A stretch of 64,000 bases of DNA from Candidatus Omnitrophota bacterium (GTDB lineage Bacteria; Omnitrophota; Gorgyraeia; Zapsychrales; Zapsychraceae): NCBI GenBank assembly GCA_029261055.1, contig JAJDCA010000015.1:83998-147997 (forward strand), in the 5' to 3' direction. The notes under the pieces were generated by a model. That model was not told the DNA's origin. It made no database searches and saw nothing but the letters and a program-made list of their open reading frames with translations. The position numbers were made by a program, and so were the translations under genes. Below, piece by piece: positions 1 through 9,501 of this stretch (positions are counted from its first letter, which is position 1; each line of letters starts with the position of its first letter).

Positions 1-17
1 ATGAGGGATGGGATGAA

Positions 18-2636
18 GTGAAGAAGTCTGTAAAAGATTTAGCCTTGTTAGCAACCCCACTCGAGCAAGATGAAGAGATGCGCGATATGGATAAGGCGGA
101 ACTGATTGATACGGCTAAGACAATGATGAGAAATGGTGGAAAGGGTTATTGGGTGGGTTTAAAAAAATTAGAGAAAAAATTATCTAAAGACGAAGCAGAG
201 AAAATAGCAGTGGACATAAACACGGAGTTGCTAGAGGAAAGTCTTGGGACAAATTTAATAGGCGGGGTAGACGAGGAGGAACAAGACTTTACAATCGATT
301 TTGAAAAACTTATTGAATCTGCACAACGTTTGGGTAATTTGGGGCAGCGTAGTGTTATTCTGAAGGCGCGTTCTCTGTTAGGTGAATTGGGTTCTAAGAA
401 GCCATGGAGTCAGTTTAAGAAACTCCTTGATGTTTTTGTTCAGCTTGGGATGAATAATGTCAGTAAGTCTTTTATGGAAGAAGATTCTAATGTTTTAATG
501 GAAGATGTTATTGATACTTTAGAGCAGGAAAAAAGTAGTTTTCCAGAGGTCGCGGTCAAAGAATGGATAGATTATTGGCGAGATTCTGTTAAAGGAGATG
601 AGTCTTTTTTTACAGAAATTTGGCAAGAATTTGATCCTTATTTGAATCAGGTGATAGGTTTAACATTGCAGCAAAAACTTAAGTTGTATGAATCTATATT
701 ACAAGAAGAAAAATTTAAGGATGAAGAAGAGTTATTAACTATTTTGTTAGACAGAAGTGAAGCATTAGAAGAGTTAATAGAATTAGAAGTGAAAAATGAT
801 CGTACTTTTGAACTTGAACCTGAGGGTTTGAAATATCGTTTTGAATATGAAACGTTTGATCAGGATTTAACAAAAACGGAGGAGCTAATAAATAAGGTTA
901 CAGTGGGGGCAAGAAAAGTTATAAAGGATATGGAATTAATGGGAGGAATAAATGATGATGAGTTTACTATAGATGTCGATTTTAAAATAGACAAGTTTAA
1001 TCCATCCGCTTTCAGATTAAGGTTCACATATCAGGGAAGACTGCAAGATGATGACATCCATGCACGATTTCTGTACGCAGCGCAAAAAACCGTTATGGCG
1101 TTGCATCCGCAATATATTTCCAAGGATTATGAGTTTTTAAATAAAGAAAACAACTTTACAAATTATTCCATCACATTCGTCCTCAGAAGTAGTATAGACG
1201 ATCAAGAAATTAAAACATTAATTCAAAAAGAAATCGCGTTGGCTGAAGAGGTGAAGAAGCGGGACCTGGCTTTGTTGGTTCCTGTGGTGGTGAATGGTTT
1301 GCGGAAGAAGTTACTGGAATATGGTGAAAAAATTATTAAGGAGGATGTGAAGAAAGAATATGGAAAAGTAGTCAGAGATTTGTATATCCGGTCAGAGGTT
1401 GATGCTTCTTTTAATAACGCGGCAACCCTGTTAAATAACTTTGAGGAGAAGCAGAGTATTGTAAATATTATGACCACAGCGGCCGATGAAATCGTTAAAA
1501 TAATAACGACATATCATTCGAAATATGGTCAGGGTTTGAAAGAATTTCTAGGGACGGATTTTTTGATGCCGATTATTGAGGAGGCTTTTAAATATCAGAA
1601 TAAAAGCGACACAAATAATGTGCCCGAAAATTATCAAATTATCATTAGACGTATATTTGCGGCATTAGAAAGTGAGTTGTTTATGCCTTGGGAAGAGGAT
1701 TTGAGTGATGAATTTGCAATCCACAAGGATCAAATAAAGGCGGCCATTGTTGGAAAAATATCCAGCGGTTTTGATAGTGATGAGGAAAATTCCCTGGGGG
1801 TAAGTGATATCCTAGGTGACATAAGCGCCATCCATGCACTAAGAAAATTAGTATCGTTAGATTATGTGAAAAGGAATGTGGCCGTGATAGGGGTAGACAC
1901 AAACACAGTGGAGGCCGTCCAAACATTGTTGAACAAGGTGGAAGGGGAGATCGATGCAATTGTTCCTTTTATGGAACGTGTGGTAACGGCGATGAATCAG
2001 AAAATTACTGAAAATGAATCCCGAGAGGTTGGAGCAGCTCCTGTAGAGAGTGATCTAAAAAATAAACACACAACTTTTGCCTTTATTGTTGATTTTCTTG
2101 ATGCCAACATAGCCAAAGATGATCAACTGGAGCAGTTGGAATCAATTACATCGTTAATTGAAAGCGGGCAGTTGCTTACACGGGATGATCCTAAGTGGGA
2201 CAACATGAAGGATCCTGCGAAAGATGATTGGAGTAACAAGGAGGAAGAAGAGCGGAAAGAAGACGTGGCTATGAAGGTGGGTACGGCGGAACAGGTGAAG
2301 ATTCCGGATACCATTGAGGATATGCTCGAGTTGTTTGATAAGGATCTGATACATGGGGGTATTAATTTAAACGCAGCAGCGTTTGATTTGCAGATTAAGC
2401 GTGACGGACGTGGGGTGCCGTTGCCGTTGGAGTTTCAGTCTTTGGGGGATGTGCATGTAGAAGGATTCTTACCGATTATTATGAATATTACCCCGATTAA
2501 TTTGCCTCAGCTTTTGGGGTTGGTCATTCCTGAATCAATGCCAGCGCAGGATGCGGTGGATGAGGCCAACGACATTCCCGATTATTACCGCGAAGAAGAC
2601 TTTGTCGCGCGTGATCCAATGGAGATTCAAGCATAA
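18..2636 (+). CDS. Large acidic (Glu/Asp-rich), helix-rich hypothetical protein with no recognisable domain. The reading frame is open to the window edge, so the true start may lie upstream.
   Basis: 872-codon ORF with the first start (GTG) at 18. The same frame has no stop back to position 3. Composition is D/E/K-rich and I recognise no catalytic motifs. A rho-independent terminator follows. Confidence 0.55.
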   Translation: MKKSVKDLALLATPLEQDEEMRDMDKAELIDTAKTMMRNGGKGYWVGLKKLEKKLSKDEAEKIAVDINTELLEESLGTNLIGGVDEEEQDFTIDFEKLIESAQRLGNLGQRSVILKARSLLGELGSKKPWSQFKKLLDVFVQLGMNNVSKSFMEEDSNVLMEDVIDTLEQEKSSFPEVAVKEWIDYWRDSVKGDESFFTEIWQEFDPYLNQVIGLTLQQKLKLYESILQEEKFKDEEELLTILLDRSEALEELIELEVKNDRTFELEPEGLKYRFEYETFDQDLTKTEELINKVTVGARKVIKDMELMGGINDDEFTIDVDFKIDKFNPSAFRLRFTYQGRLQDDDIHARFLYAAQKTVMALHPQYISKDYEFLNKENNFTNYSITFVLRSSIDDQEIKTLIQKEIALAEEVKKRDLALLVPVVVNGLRKKLLEYGEKIIKEDVKKEYGKVVRDLYIRSEVDASFNNAATLLNNFEEKQSIVNIMTTAADEIVKIITTYHSKYGQGLKEFLGTDFLMPIIEEAFKYQNKSDTNNVPENYQIIIRRIFAALESELFMPWEEDLSDEFAIHKDQIKAAIVGKISSGFDSDEENSLGVSDILGDISAIHALRKLVSLDYVKRNVAVIGVDTNTVEAVQTLLNKVEGEIDAIVPFMERVVTAMNQKITENESREVGAAPVESDLKNKHTTFAFIVDFLDANIAKDDQLEQLESITSLIESGQLLTRDDPKWDNMKDPAKDDWSNKEEEERKEDVAMKVGTAEQVKIPDTIEDMLELFDKDLIHGGINLNAAAFDLQIKRDGRGVPLPLEFQSLGDVHVEGFLPIIMNITPINLPQLLGLVIPESMPAQDAVDEANDIPDYYREEDFVARDPMEIQA

Positions 2637-2665
2637 TTTTTTCGATGTTTCTAACAATTAAAGAG

Positions 2666-2693
2666 GCCCAAACATTTAGTTTGGGCTTTTTTT
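2666..2693 (+). terminator. Rho-independent terminator after the first ORF
   Basis: GCCCAAAC / GTTTGGGC stem with a 5-nt loop, followed by a TTTTTTT tract, 30 nt after the stop codon. Confidence 0.6.
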
Positions 2694-2694
2694 G

Positions 2695-2735
2695 TTGATA
2701 TAAAATATGGCATATGTATGATTATATGGTATAAT
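2695..2735 (+). promoter_or_regulatory. Putative sigma70-type promoter plus palindromic operator for the brnTA pair
   Basis: TTGATA (-35-like) at 2695-2700, TATGAT 16 nt downstream and TATAAT at about 2730. A CATATG...ATATG inverted repeat overlaps the -10. The start codon lies less than 25 nt downstream. Confidence 0.3.
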
Positions 2736-2740
2736 TTTTA

Positions 2741-3028
2741 GTGATGAACATAACATTTGAATGGGATGCTTCAAAGGACAGGTTAAATCAAAAGAAACAT
2801 AATGTTTCTTTTTTCTTGGCGCAGCAGGCTTTTTTAGATAAAAATCGTATTGTTGCCCGAGATTTAGTACATAGTTGTACGGAGGAACGTTATTTTTGTA
2901 TTGGAAAAATTGGTGAGGGTATTATGACAGTTCGTTTTACATACAGAGGAGATGTTATTAGAATTATTGGAGCTGGATATTGGAGAAAAGGAAAGGTGTT
3001 TTATGAAAAAGAAAATAAAATATACTAA
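2741..3028 (+). CDS. brnT: BrnT-family (DUF497) type II toxin, a RelE-fold ribonuclease
   Basis: About 95 aa. It carries the FEWD...KHxVSF...HS..E.R...G...RIIGAGYW pattern typical of BrnT. It overlaps the downstream antitoxin gene. Confidence 0.75.
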   Translation: MMNITFEWDASKDRLNQKKHNVSFFLAQQAFLDKNRIVARDLVHSCTEERYFCIGKIGEGIMTVRFTYRGDVIRIIGAGYWRKGKVFYEKENKIY

Positions 3029-3230
3029 TGAAGCTATGGATTTTGAAATCCTTAAGGATTTTCTTCCTCCTCCGGAGAAGCTTGCTTTGAGAGAAGAAAC
3101 AGTTAAGGTTACGATTGGATTAAGCAAGTCAAGTGTGGACTTCTTTAAAATGTTTGCCAAAAAAAAACATGGTCATTATCAGACTATGATCAGAAAAATT
3201 CTAGATTCATATGTTGCGCATTATCATTAA
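3003..3230 (+). CDS. brnA: BrnA-family antitoxin (RHH/CopG-like); the likely start is the internal ATG at 3003 within ORF 2952-3230
   Basis: The C-terminus, VTIGLSKSSVDFFK...HGHYQTMIRKILDSYV, matches the BrnA ribbon-helix-helix region. It overlaps the brnT 3' end by 26 nt. Its stop codon abuts the ATG of the next gene. Confidence 0.65.
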   Translation: MKKKIKYTNEAMDFEILKDFLPPPEKLALREETVKVTIGLSKSSVDFFKMFAKKKHGHYQTMIRKILDSYVAHYH

Positions 3231-6200
3231 ATGATTAATCAACACAACACAAAAGGTTTTCGGGCATTATTAACGACGCAGTTCTTGGGGGCGTTTAATG
3301 ATAATGCGTTTAAGTTTGTTATTGCCGCGTTCATTGTAGATTTGATGGATCAGGCTGGAGGAGGGACAGGGTATTTGGCCCTTTCCGGTGTTGTATTTGT
3401 CCTACCGTTTTTACTTTTTTCCACATTGGGAGGTTATTTAGCGGATCGGTTTAGTAAGCAGAAGATCATTGTGGGTACAAAGATCTTTGAGCTGATGGTT
3501 ATGGCGGTGGGATTTTGGGCCTTGCTGAGTGGGCATATTGGACCGATGTTGGTCGTGCTGTTTTTTATGGGTTTGCAAAGTTCTCTTTTTGGGCCTTCCA
3601 AATATGGAATCCTGCCGGAGATGTTAGATGATAAAGAGTTATCCGAGGGCAACGGTTTGCTGCAGATGTGGACGTATGTAGCGGTTCTCCTTGGACAGAT
3701 GAGTTATGGATTTATTATGCAAGTGACACAGCCGCACTATTACAGGGCGGCTTTTATTTTTATGGCTATTTCGGTATGTGGAATTTTGGCCAGTTTATTC
3801 GTAACGAAAGTAAAACCTTCGGGGAGTGTGCGTCGTCATCAGATGAATGTTTTTAAAGAGGTGTATCAAAACATTCAATGGATCAAAAAAGACAGAGGCA
3901 TATTTCTTTCGATCATTGGATTGATGTATTTTGGTTTTCTGGGCGGCTTGTTTCAACCGAATGTCTTGTTGTTTGCACGAAAGATTCTTCACGTCAGCCA
4001 TTTACAAACAGGTTTGCTGATTTCTTGTATGACGATTGGTCTTGGTCTTGGGTGCATGGTAGCAGGAAAGTTGTCGGATAGAAAAGTGGAGCTTGGCCTG
4101 GTGCCTATGGGGGCGATTGGTTTAAGTGTGTTTTCTATTGGGTTGGGGGTGGTGGCGAATTCGTATGTTTTATCTTTAATTGATATTTTTCTTTTAGGCC
4201 TTTCTTGCGGGTTTTACATTGTCCCTTTAAATACCTTGATTCAGCAGAGGAGTCCGAAAGAAAATAGAGGGCAAATATTAGCGACCAATAGTGTTTTATC
4301 TTTTTGTGCGATTCTTATTGGATCGCTTTTTTTGTATGTACTTCGAGATATTGTCCATCTTAATGCCGCGCAGATTTTTATTTTTACAGGACTGCTGACC
4401 ATTGTTGGTACGGGATACATCACCTCTTTATTACCCTATGCCCTTATTCGCTTTATCATTTGGATGATTACACATACCATCTACCGGATTAAAAGTGTGA
4501 ATCGTCAAAATGTGCCTGAACAGGGTGGAGCGCTTTTGGTATCAAATCATGTGGCCTACATTGATGCCGTGATGATGATCGTTACGGTGCCAAGGACGAT
4601 TCGGTTTATGGTGTACCGCGAGATTTATTACATCAAATGGCTGAATCCATTATTTCGACTAGCAGGCGCCATCCCTGTAGCTGGTATTGATCGTCCTAAA
4701 GAAATTATGAAAGCTATCCACACGGCACGGGAGGCCATTGCGCAAGGAGAGTTGGTCTGTATTTTTCCTGAGGGGCAATTAACACGGACAGGGAATATGT
4801 TGAAGTTTAACCGGGGGATGGAAAAGATTATGAAGGGATTGGATTGTCCGATTATCCCTGTGCATCTCGACCGTGTGTGGGGAAGTATTTTCAGTTATGA
4901 GCGTGGAAAGTATTTCTTTAAAATGCCAAAGACGATTCCGTATCCGATTACGGTATCTTACGGTACCCCCATGCCGGCGGAATCAACGGCCTATGCGGTG
5001 AGAAATAAAATTATGGAATTGGGCGCAGATTCTTTGCCGCATCGTTTATCGGAGAAATTAACATTACCAGAAGCTTTTTTTCAAGAAGCGCGTAAACATC
5101 CGAAACAATTTTGTGCGGCGGATTCAAGTGGAAAGAAATTAAGTTTTGCCGAAGTTCTAATTTCTTCTGTGGTTTTATCTTTAAAGTTAAAACCTACCCT
5201 TAACGATCAATCGAATATTGGTATTCTCATTCCGCCTTCAATCGGTGGTGTTATTTCGAATGTTGCAGTCGCTATTTTGAATAAGGTTCCGGTCAATATT
5301 AATTACACGGCTTCCAAAGAAGCGCTTCAATCTGTGTGTGAGCAATGTCAGATGACACATATTTTAACATCGCGGACCTTTATGGATAAGATAAAGATCG
5401 ATTTGCCGGTTGAGCCGATTTATATCGAAGATATCGTTAAGCATATTTCAAAATTTGATCAAGTTATTTCTGCGATAAAATCATTTATGTGGCCGCGGTT
5501 TATTTCGTATACATTGATTTTTGGAAGCAAAAAGAAACGGCATATTTCTGATTTAGCGACCATTATGTTTACCAGTGGTAGTACAGGACAGCCCAAGGGG
5601 GTGATGTTAACGCATGCGAATATCACATCAAATCTTGAAGGGTTGTATCAAATTTTTCATGTAAATAAAGAGGATAGCGTAATGGGTATCCTTCCATTTT
5701 TTCATTCCTTTGGATTTACAGCCACACTTTGGTTTCCCTTAATAAGCGGGATGGGCGCCGTGTATCATGCTAATCCTTTGGACGCCAAGATGATTGGCAA
5801 GTTAGTTGCCAAGCACAAAGCCACTATTTTGATGAGCACGCCGACATTTCTTAATGCTTATATTCGTCGATGTGAAAAAGAGCAATTTGTAAGTTTACGT
5901 ACTGTTGTCGTTGGGGCGGAGAAGCTAAAGGAGCAGGTGGCTCAAGCCTTTAAAGAAAAATTTAATCTTGAGGCCATGGAAGGATACGGCTGTACAGAAT
6001 TGGCGCCTATTGTTTCATTAAATCTTCCGGATTATCGTGCTAAGGGCGTGCGTCAAAAAGCACATAAGCAGGGTAAGATCGGGCTGCCGCTTCCCGGGAT
6101 TGCCGTGAAAGTTTTAAATCCGGATACATTGCAGCCAGTGGAAGTGAATCAAAATGGATTATTGTTTGTTAAAGGGCCGAATGTGATGAAGGGGTACTTA

Positions 6201-6626
6201 AACAAAGATGATTTGACCAAAGAAGTGATACACGATGGATGGTATACTACCGGGGATGTAGCCAATATGGATGAAGATGGATTCTTGATGATTACCGACC
6301 GCATGAGCCGTTTTAGCAAGATTGCCGGCGAGATGGTGCCGCATATTAAGATTGAAGAAACAATTCATGCCATTTTAAACTCTTCGGAGCAAGTCTGTGT
6401 GGTCACATCGGTGCCTGATGAGAAAAAAGGCGAGAAGCTAGCCGTGTTATGTTTGCGCGACGTGGATGTACCTTCTTTGGTGGATGAATTAAAAAATAGT
6501 GATCTCCCAAATTTATGGATACCCGATATTACGATGTTCCACCCCATAGATGCGATTCCTATTTTGGGAACAGGGAAATTGGATTTAGGGGCCATCAAAC
6601 AAAAGGCGAGGGACGTATTTGTTTAG
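3231..6626 (+). CDS. aas: Tri-functional fusion: MFS lysophospholipid transporter (LplT-like), 2-acyl-GPE / 1-acylglycerol-3-phosphate acyltransferase (PlsC domain) and AMP-binding acyl-ACP synthetase (Aas-like)
   Basis: 1131 aa. The N-terminal roughly 400 aa form a 12-TM MFS domain with an LplT-like N-terminus. The PlsC HX4D motif is NHVAYIDAV. The C-terminus has the AMP-binding signature TSGSTGQPKGV and an acyl-adenylate core. Confidence 0.85.
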   Translation: MINQHNTKGFRALLTTQFLGAFNDNAFKFVIAAFIVDLMDQAGGGTGYLALSGVVFVLPFLLFSTLGGYLADRFSKQKIIVGTKIFELMVMAVGFWALLSGHIGPMLVVLFFMGLQSSLFGPSKYGILPEMLDDKELSEGNGLLQMWTYVAVLLGQMSYGFIMQVTQPHYYRAAFIFMAISVCGILASLFVTKVKPSGSVRRHQMNVFKEVYQNIQWIKKDRGIFLSIIGLMYFGFLGGLFQPNVLLFARKILHVSHLQTGLLISCMTIGLGLGCMVAGKLSDRKVELGLVPMGAIGLSVFSIGLGVVANSYVLSLIDIFLLGLSCGFYIVPLNTLIQQRSPKENRGQILATNSVLSFCAILIGSLFLYVLRDIVHLNAAQIFIFTGLLTIVGTGYITSLLPYALIRFIIWMITHTIYRIKSVNRQNVPEQGGALLVSNHVAYIDAVMMIVTVPRTIRFMVYREIYYIKWLNPLFRLAGAIPVAGIDRPKEIMKAIHTAREAIAQGELVCIFPEGQLTRTGNMLKFNRGMEKIMKGLDCPIIPVHLDRVWGSIFSYERGKYFFKMPKTIPYPITVSYGTPMPAESTAYAVRNKIMELGADSLPHRLSEKLTLPEAFFQEARKHPKQFCAADSSGKKLSFAEVLISSVVLSLKLKPTLNDQSNIGILIPPSIGGVISNVAVAILNKVPVNINYTASKEALQSVCEQCQMTHILTSRTFMDKIKIDLPVEPIYIEDIVKHISKFDQVISAIKSFMWPRFISYTLIFGSKKKRHISDLATIMFTSGSTGQPKGVMLTHANITSNLEGLYQIFHVNKEDSVMGILPFFHSFGFTATLWFPLISGMGAVYHANPLDAKMIGKLVAKHKATILMSTPTFLNAYIRRCEKEQFVSLRTVVVGAEKLKEQVAQAFKEKFNLEAMEGYGCTELAPIVSLNLPDYRAKGVRQKAHKQGKIGLPLPGIAVKVLNPDTLQPVEVNQNGLLFVKGPNVMKGYLNKDDLTKEVIHDGWYTTGDVANMDEDGFLMITDRMSRFSKIAGEMVPHIKIEETIHAILNSSEQVCVVTSVPDEKKGEKLAVLCLRDVDVPSLVDELKNSDLPNLWIPDITMFHPIDAIPILGTGKLDLGAIKQKARDVFV

Positions 6627-8019
6627 AAATTATTTTATAAAAATTGTTTTGTGTGTGTGTATTTTCTTAATAGGCATTAACGCACACTCAGGAGAAGAAC
6701 GGATGTTGCATAAAAAGCCAAAGCATTTTATTTTTCTTATCCACGGTATCGGAGGGAATAAAACTCATTTTGGATACATGGCGAAGGCTCTTTCAAGAAT
6801 TCTCAATCAAAAAGACCCCACCACGAAATATTTTATTAAAAATATTGAATATGATACGGGCAATAATGAAAAGACGCCATATGATTTTGCCAAGGATATT
6901 GATTTAGAGATTAAAAAGGTGACCGCATCAGGAAAATTTAAGAAAGAAGACAAAATTTCTCTGATTATGCATTCTCAGGGAGGTTTGATCGGTTCCATTT
7001 GGATGTTCCAATCTTTGATGGCAACGCCTGGGTACAGTACGCCAAAAACAATTGAACACCTTGACGCCTTTATCACGTTAGGGACTCCTTTTTGGGGCGC
7101 CAAGACAGCACGCTGGGGCAAGGAAATTAAGAATTTAACCGATAAGCTGGGTGTGGATGTTCCTTTGCCTTATGGCAAACAAGAATTAGAACAGATGACC
7201 TTTGGCAGTGATATGATTTATGATTTTCGTATGGCCATGATGGACCCGCAATATCAAAAGCATATTGATTATTTAAGGACAAATGTCCGGTTTCTCAATA
7301 TTGTTGGTGTAGCCGATTTACTCAATCCCTTAGGCATTTTTGTTTCCGGGACGGGGAAATATGAGGATGATGGCGCAGTCCCTCTCGCCAGTGCACGGTT
7401 CGATTTCTTATTTAGTCAATCTATCAAAGAGCAATATGAAGACCAGGATAGAGTTTCGCTGAAACAGGTGCAAGAAATCAAAATGGCACCGTATGTCGTT
7501 GTTAATGCCATGCACAGATCACCATTACCGGAATTAGATAATTTTGCAGGGATTGCACAAATTAAGAAAGATTGTATTAAGAATGCGAACTGCAAGCATC
7601 CTACGTTTCCTTATTTGTGGAAACATATTCTTGGGCATGACATCAAACAGCTAGATGAAAGCTTGGGAGATTTTAAGACATTTTTATTGGATGTAAATGT
7701 AAGAGTTCAATCTGAGCAAGAGTATCCTTGTCGTGATATTAAAATTGATTTATTAAAATTAAATGGGGATCCTTTAGATAAGGCTAATATCGAAGTCTCC
7801 AAATTTTTCGAGTTTTATTCCAAAGGAAAGAACGTCTCCAAAAAATACCCTAATCAATGCCGCTTTTATTTTACCGGAAGCATTAAAAAATCATTAGGAA
7901 ACAGACAAGAAGCCGTATTGCTAAAAATAGCCGGCAAAAACTTGAAAACACGATTTGTAGAGATTCAGCTCAAAGAAACTTATTCCTCGTTTGTAGATGT
8001 GAATTTGGTTGAGAAATGA
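6619..8019 (+). CDS. Secreted alpha/beta-hydrolase lipase/esterase (Lipase_2 / PGAP1-like) with a C-terminal extension
   Basis: N-terminal signal peptide, then the HGIGG oxyanion region and a GHSQGG-type nucleophile elbow (IMHSQGG). The start overlaps the aas stop by 8 nt. Confidence 0.7.
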   Translation: MFRNYFIKIVLCVCIFLIGINAHSGEERMLHKKPKHFIFLIHGIGGNKTHFGYMAKALSRILNQKDPTTKYFIKNIEYDTGNNEKTPYDFAKDIDLEIKKVTASGKFKKEDKISLIMHSQGGLIGSIWMFQSLMATPGYSTPKTIEHLDAFITLGTPFWGAKTARWGKEIKNLTDKLGVDVPLPYGKQELEQMTFGSDMIYDFRMAMMDPQYQKHIDYLRTNVRFLNIVGVADLLNPLGIFVSGTGKYEDDGAVPLASARFDFLFSQSIKEQYEDQDRVSLKQVQEIKMAPYVVVNAMHRSPLPELDNFAGIAQIKKDCIKNANCKHPTFPYLWKHILGHDIKQLDESLGDFKTFLLDVNVRVQSEQEYPCRDIKIDLLKLNGDPLDKANIEVSKFFEFYSKGKNVSKKYPNQCRFYFTGSIKKSLGNRQEAVLLKIAGKNLKTRFVEIQLKETYSSFVDVNLVEK

Positions 8020-8103
8020 AAAAGATCGCAAGTCTGATTAATCTAAGTTTATATTGAAAATATACACTTTATGTTGTATATTTATCCTAGGAGGATAAAC
8101 TTT

Positions 8104-9405
8104 ATGGCGATTAACCGGCAGTTGTTACGAGATGTGATTGTTGACCAATCAAAAGCTTCACTTGATCCGGGAAGTATTCCGCGGGAGAAGTTCAATGATT
8201 TAGTCCGTTTTTCAAAAACAGGGCAAGTTATTATTATTAGCGGATTACGGCGTTGTGGTAAGTCTACGTTGCTGCAGCAAATAAGGGCAGAAAACTCTGA
8301 AGTTGATTATTATCTTAATTTTGATGATGATCGTTTATGTCAGTTTACGTTGGAAGACTTTCAGCAGCTTTTGGAGGTGTTTATCGAGCTTTTTGGTGTG
8401 CAAAAGACATGTTATTTTGATGAAATTCAAAATATTCAAGGATGGGAAAGGTTTGTGCGGCGGCTACATGATGAAAAATATTCGATATTTGTAACCGGTT
8501 CAAATGCTTCGATGTTATCGAAAGAATTGGGAACGCATTTAACCGGACGTCATTTACAGTTGGAGTTATTTCCATTCTCATTTAGGGAATATTTATTGTA
8601 CAAGAAGAAAAAACAAGATTATGTGATTGATAGACTTACGACAGCTCAAAAAGGGGTTTTGAAATCACATTGGAATAAATATTTAAAAGTAGGAGGCTTG
8701 CCTGAATATTTTAAAATGCAGCAGAAAGAATATTTACACTATTTGTATGAAGGAATTTTATATCGAGATATTATTACGCGCTATTCACTCTCAAAAGAAA
8801 AGACATTGAAGGAATTGTGTTTTTATTTGGCGAGTAATGTGTCAATGGAAGTGAGTTTTAATTCATTAAGGAAGTTGTTACATGTTGGTAGTCCAAGAAC
8901 GATATCAGAATATTGTGGATATTTGGAGAATGCCTATTTGATATTTCTTGTTCCGAGATATAATCGATCACTGAAGAAGCAAATCCATTTTAATAAGAAA
9001 ATTTATTTTTCAGATACAGCATTAGCTGAGGCTATTGGTTTTCGCTGGAGTGAGGATAGGGGGCGTATGTTAGAAAATAGTGTTTTTCTTGAGCTTCGCA
9101 GGAGAGGAGGCAATATTTATTTTCATAAAGAAAAAAATGAATGTGATTTTTTGTTGAGAGAAGGATTAAAAATAAAAAAGGCCATACAGGTTACGGTTCA
9201 TTTAGATAATGAAAAGACACGGACACGCGAATTTTTAGGTATCAAAGAAGCCATAGAAACTTATGGATTAAAGGAAGGTTTTATTCTTACAGACAACACT
9301 GAAGGGGTCGAAACTATAAATACATCACGGGGAAAGAAGAAAATATGGATTGTGCCTGTGTGGAAACACAATATCGATCTAACGATAGTGTCAAAAAATA
9401 AATGA
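8104..9405 (+). CDS. AAA_14 / DUF4143 family ATPase
   Basis: Walker A GLRRCGKST and a DUF4143-like C-terminal region. An AGGAGGA RBS lies 9 nt upstream of the ATG at 8104 (ORF track start 8071). The gene is AT-rich compared with its neighbours. Confidence 0.7.
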   Translation: MAINRQLLRDVIVDQSKASLDPGSIPREKFNDLVRFSKTGQVIIISGLRRCGKSTLLQQIRAENSEVDYYLNFDDDRLCQFTLEDFQQLLEVFIELFGVQKTCYFDEIQNIQGWERFVRRLHDEKYSIFVTGSNASMLSKELGTHLTGRHLQLELFPFSFREYLLYKKKKQDYVIDRLTTAQKGVLKSHWNKYLKVGGLPEYFKMQQKEYLHYLYEGILYRDIITRYSLSKEKTLKELCFYLASNVSMEVSFNSLRKLLHVGSPRTISEYCGYLENAYLIFLVPRYNRSLKKQIHFNKKIYFSDTALAEAIGFRWSEDRGRMLENSVFLELRRRGGNIYFHKEKNECDFLLREGLKIKKAIQVTVHLDNEKTRTREFLGIKEAIETYGLKEGFILTDNTEGVETINTSRGKKKIWIVPVWKHNIDLTIVSKNK

Positions 9406-9428
9406 AAGAAAATAAAAAGAAATTTATC

Positions 9429-9486
9429 GGTGTTGCGCAAAAGCGTTCGCAACACCTCATGTCAAAATGCAAGAATGCATTTTGAC
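9429..9486 (+). promoter_or_regulatory. Stem-loop (GGTGTTGCG...CGCAACACC) followed by a perfect 11-bp palindrome GTCAAAATGCA-agaa-TGCATTTTGAC, a candidate operator
   Basis: Read directly from the sequence. It lies 16 nt upstream of the RBS/ATG of the 9502 gene. Confidence 0.35.
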
Positions 9487-9501
9487 TGCCAGGAGTAAAT
9501 C

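Noticed and set aside
1223-2354. Several 60-130 codon minus-strand ORFs (for example 1223-1477, 1681-1959, 2123-2354) inside the large + strand acidic-protein gene
   Set aside because: They are fully embedded antisense to a long, well-supported ORF. They have no RBS and no recognisable protein features. They are ordinary antisense noise; the same applies to the many similar short antisense ORFs throughout the track.
2952-3002. Longer N-terminal extension of the BrnA ORF (track start 2952)
   Set aside because: The first 17 codons overlap the brnT coding region and add no conserved antitoxin sequence. The internal ATG at 3003 (MKKKIKY...) gives a typical BrnA length.
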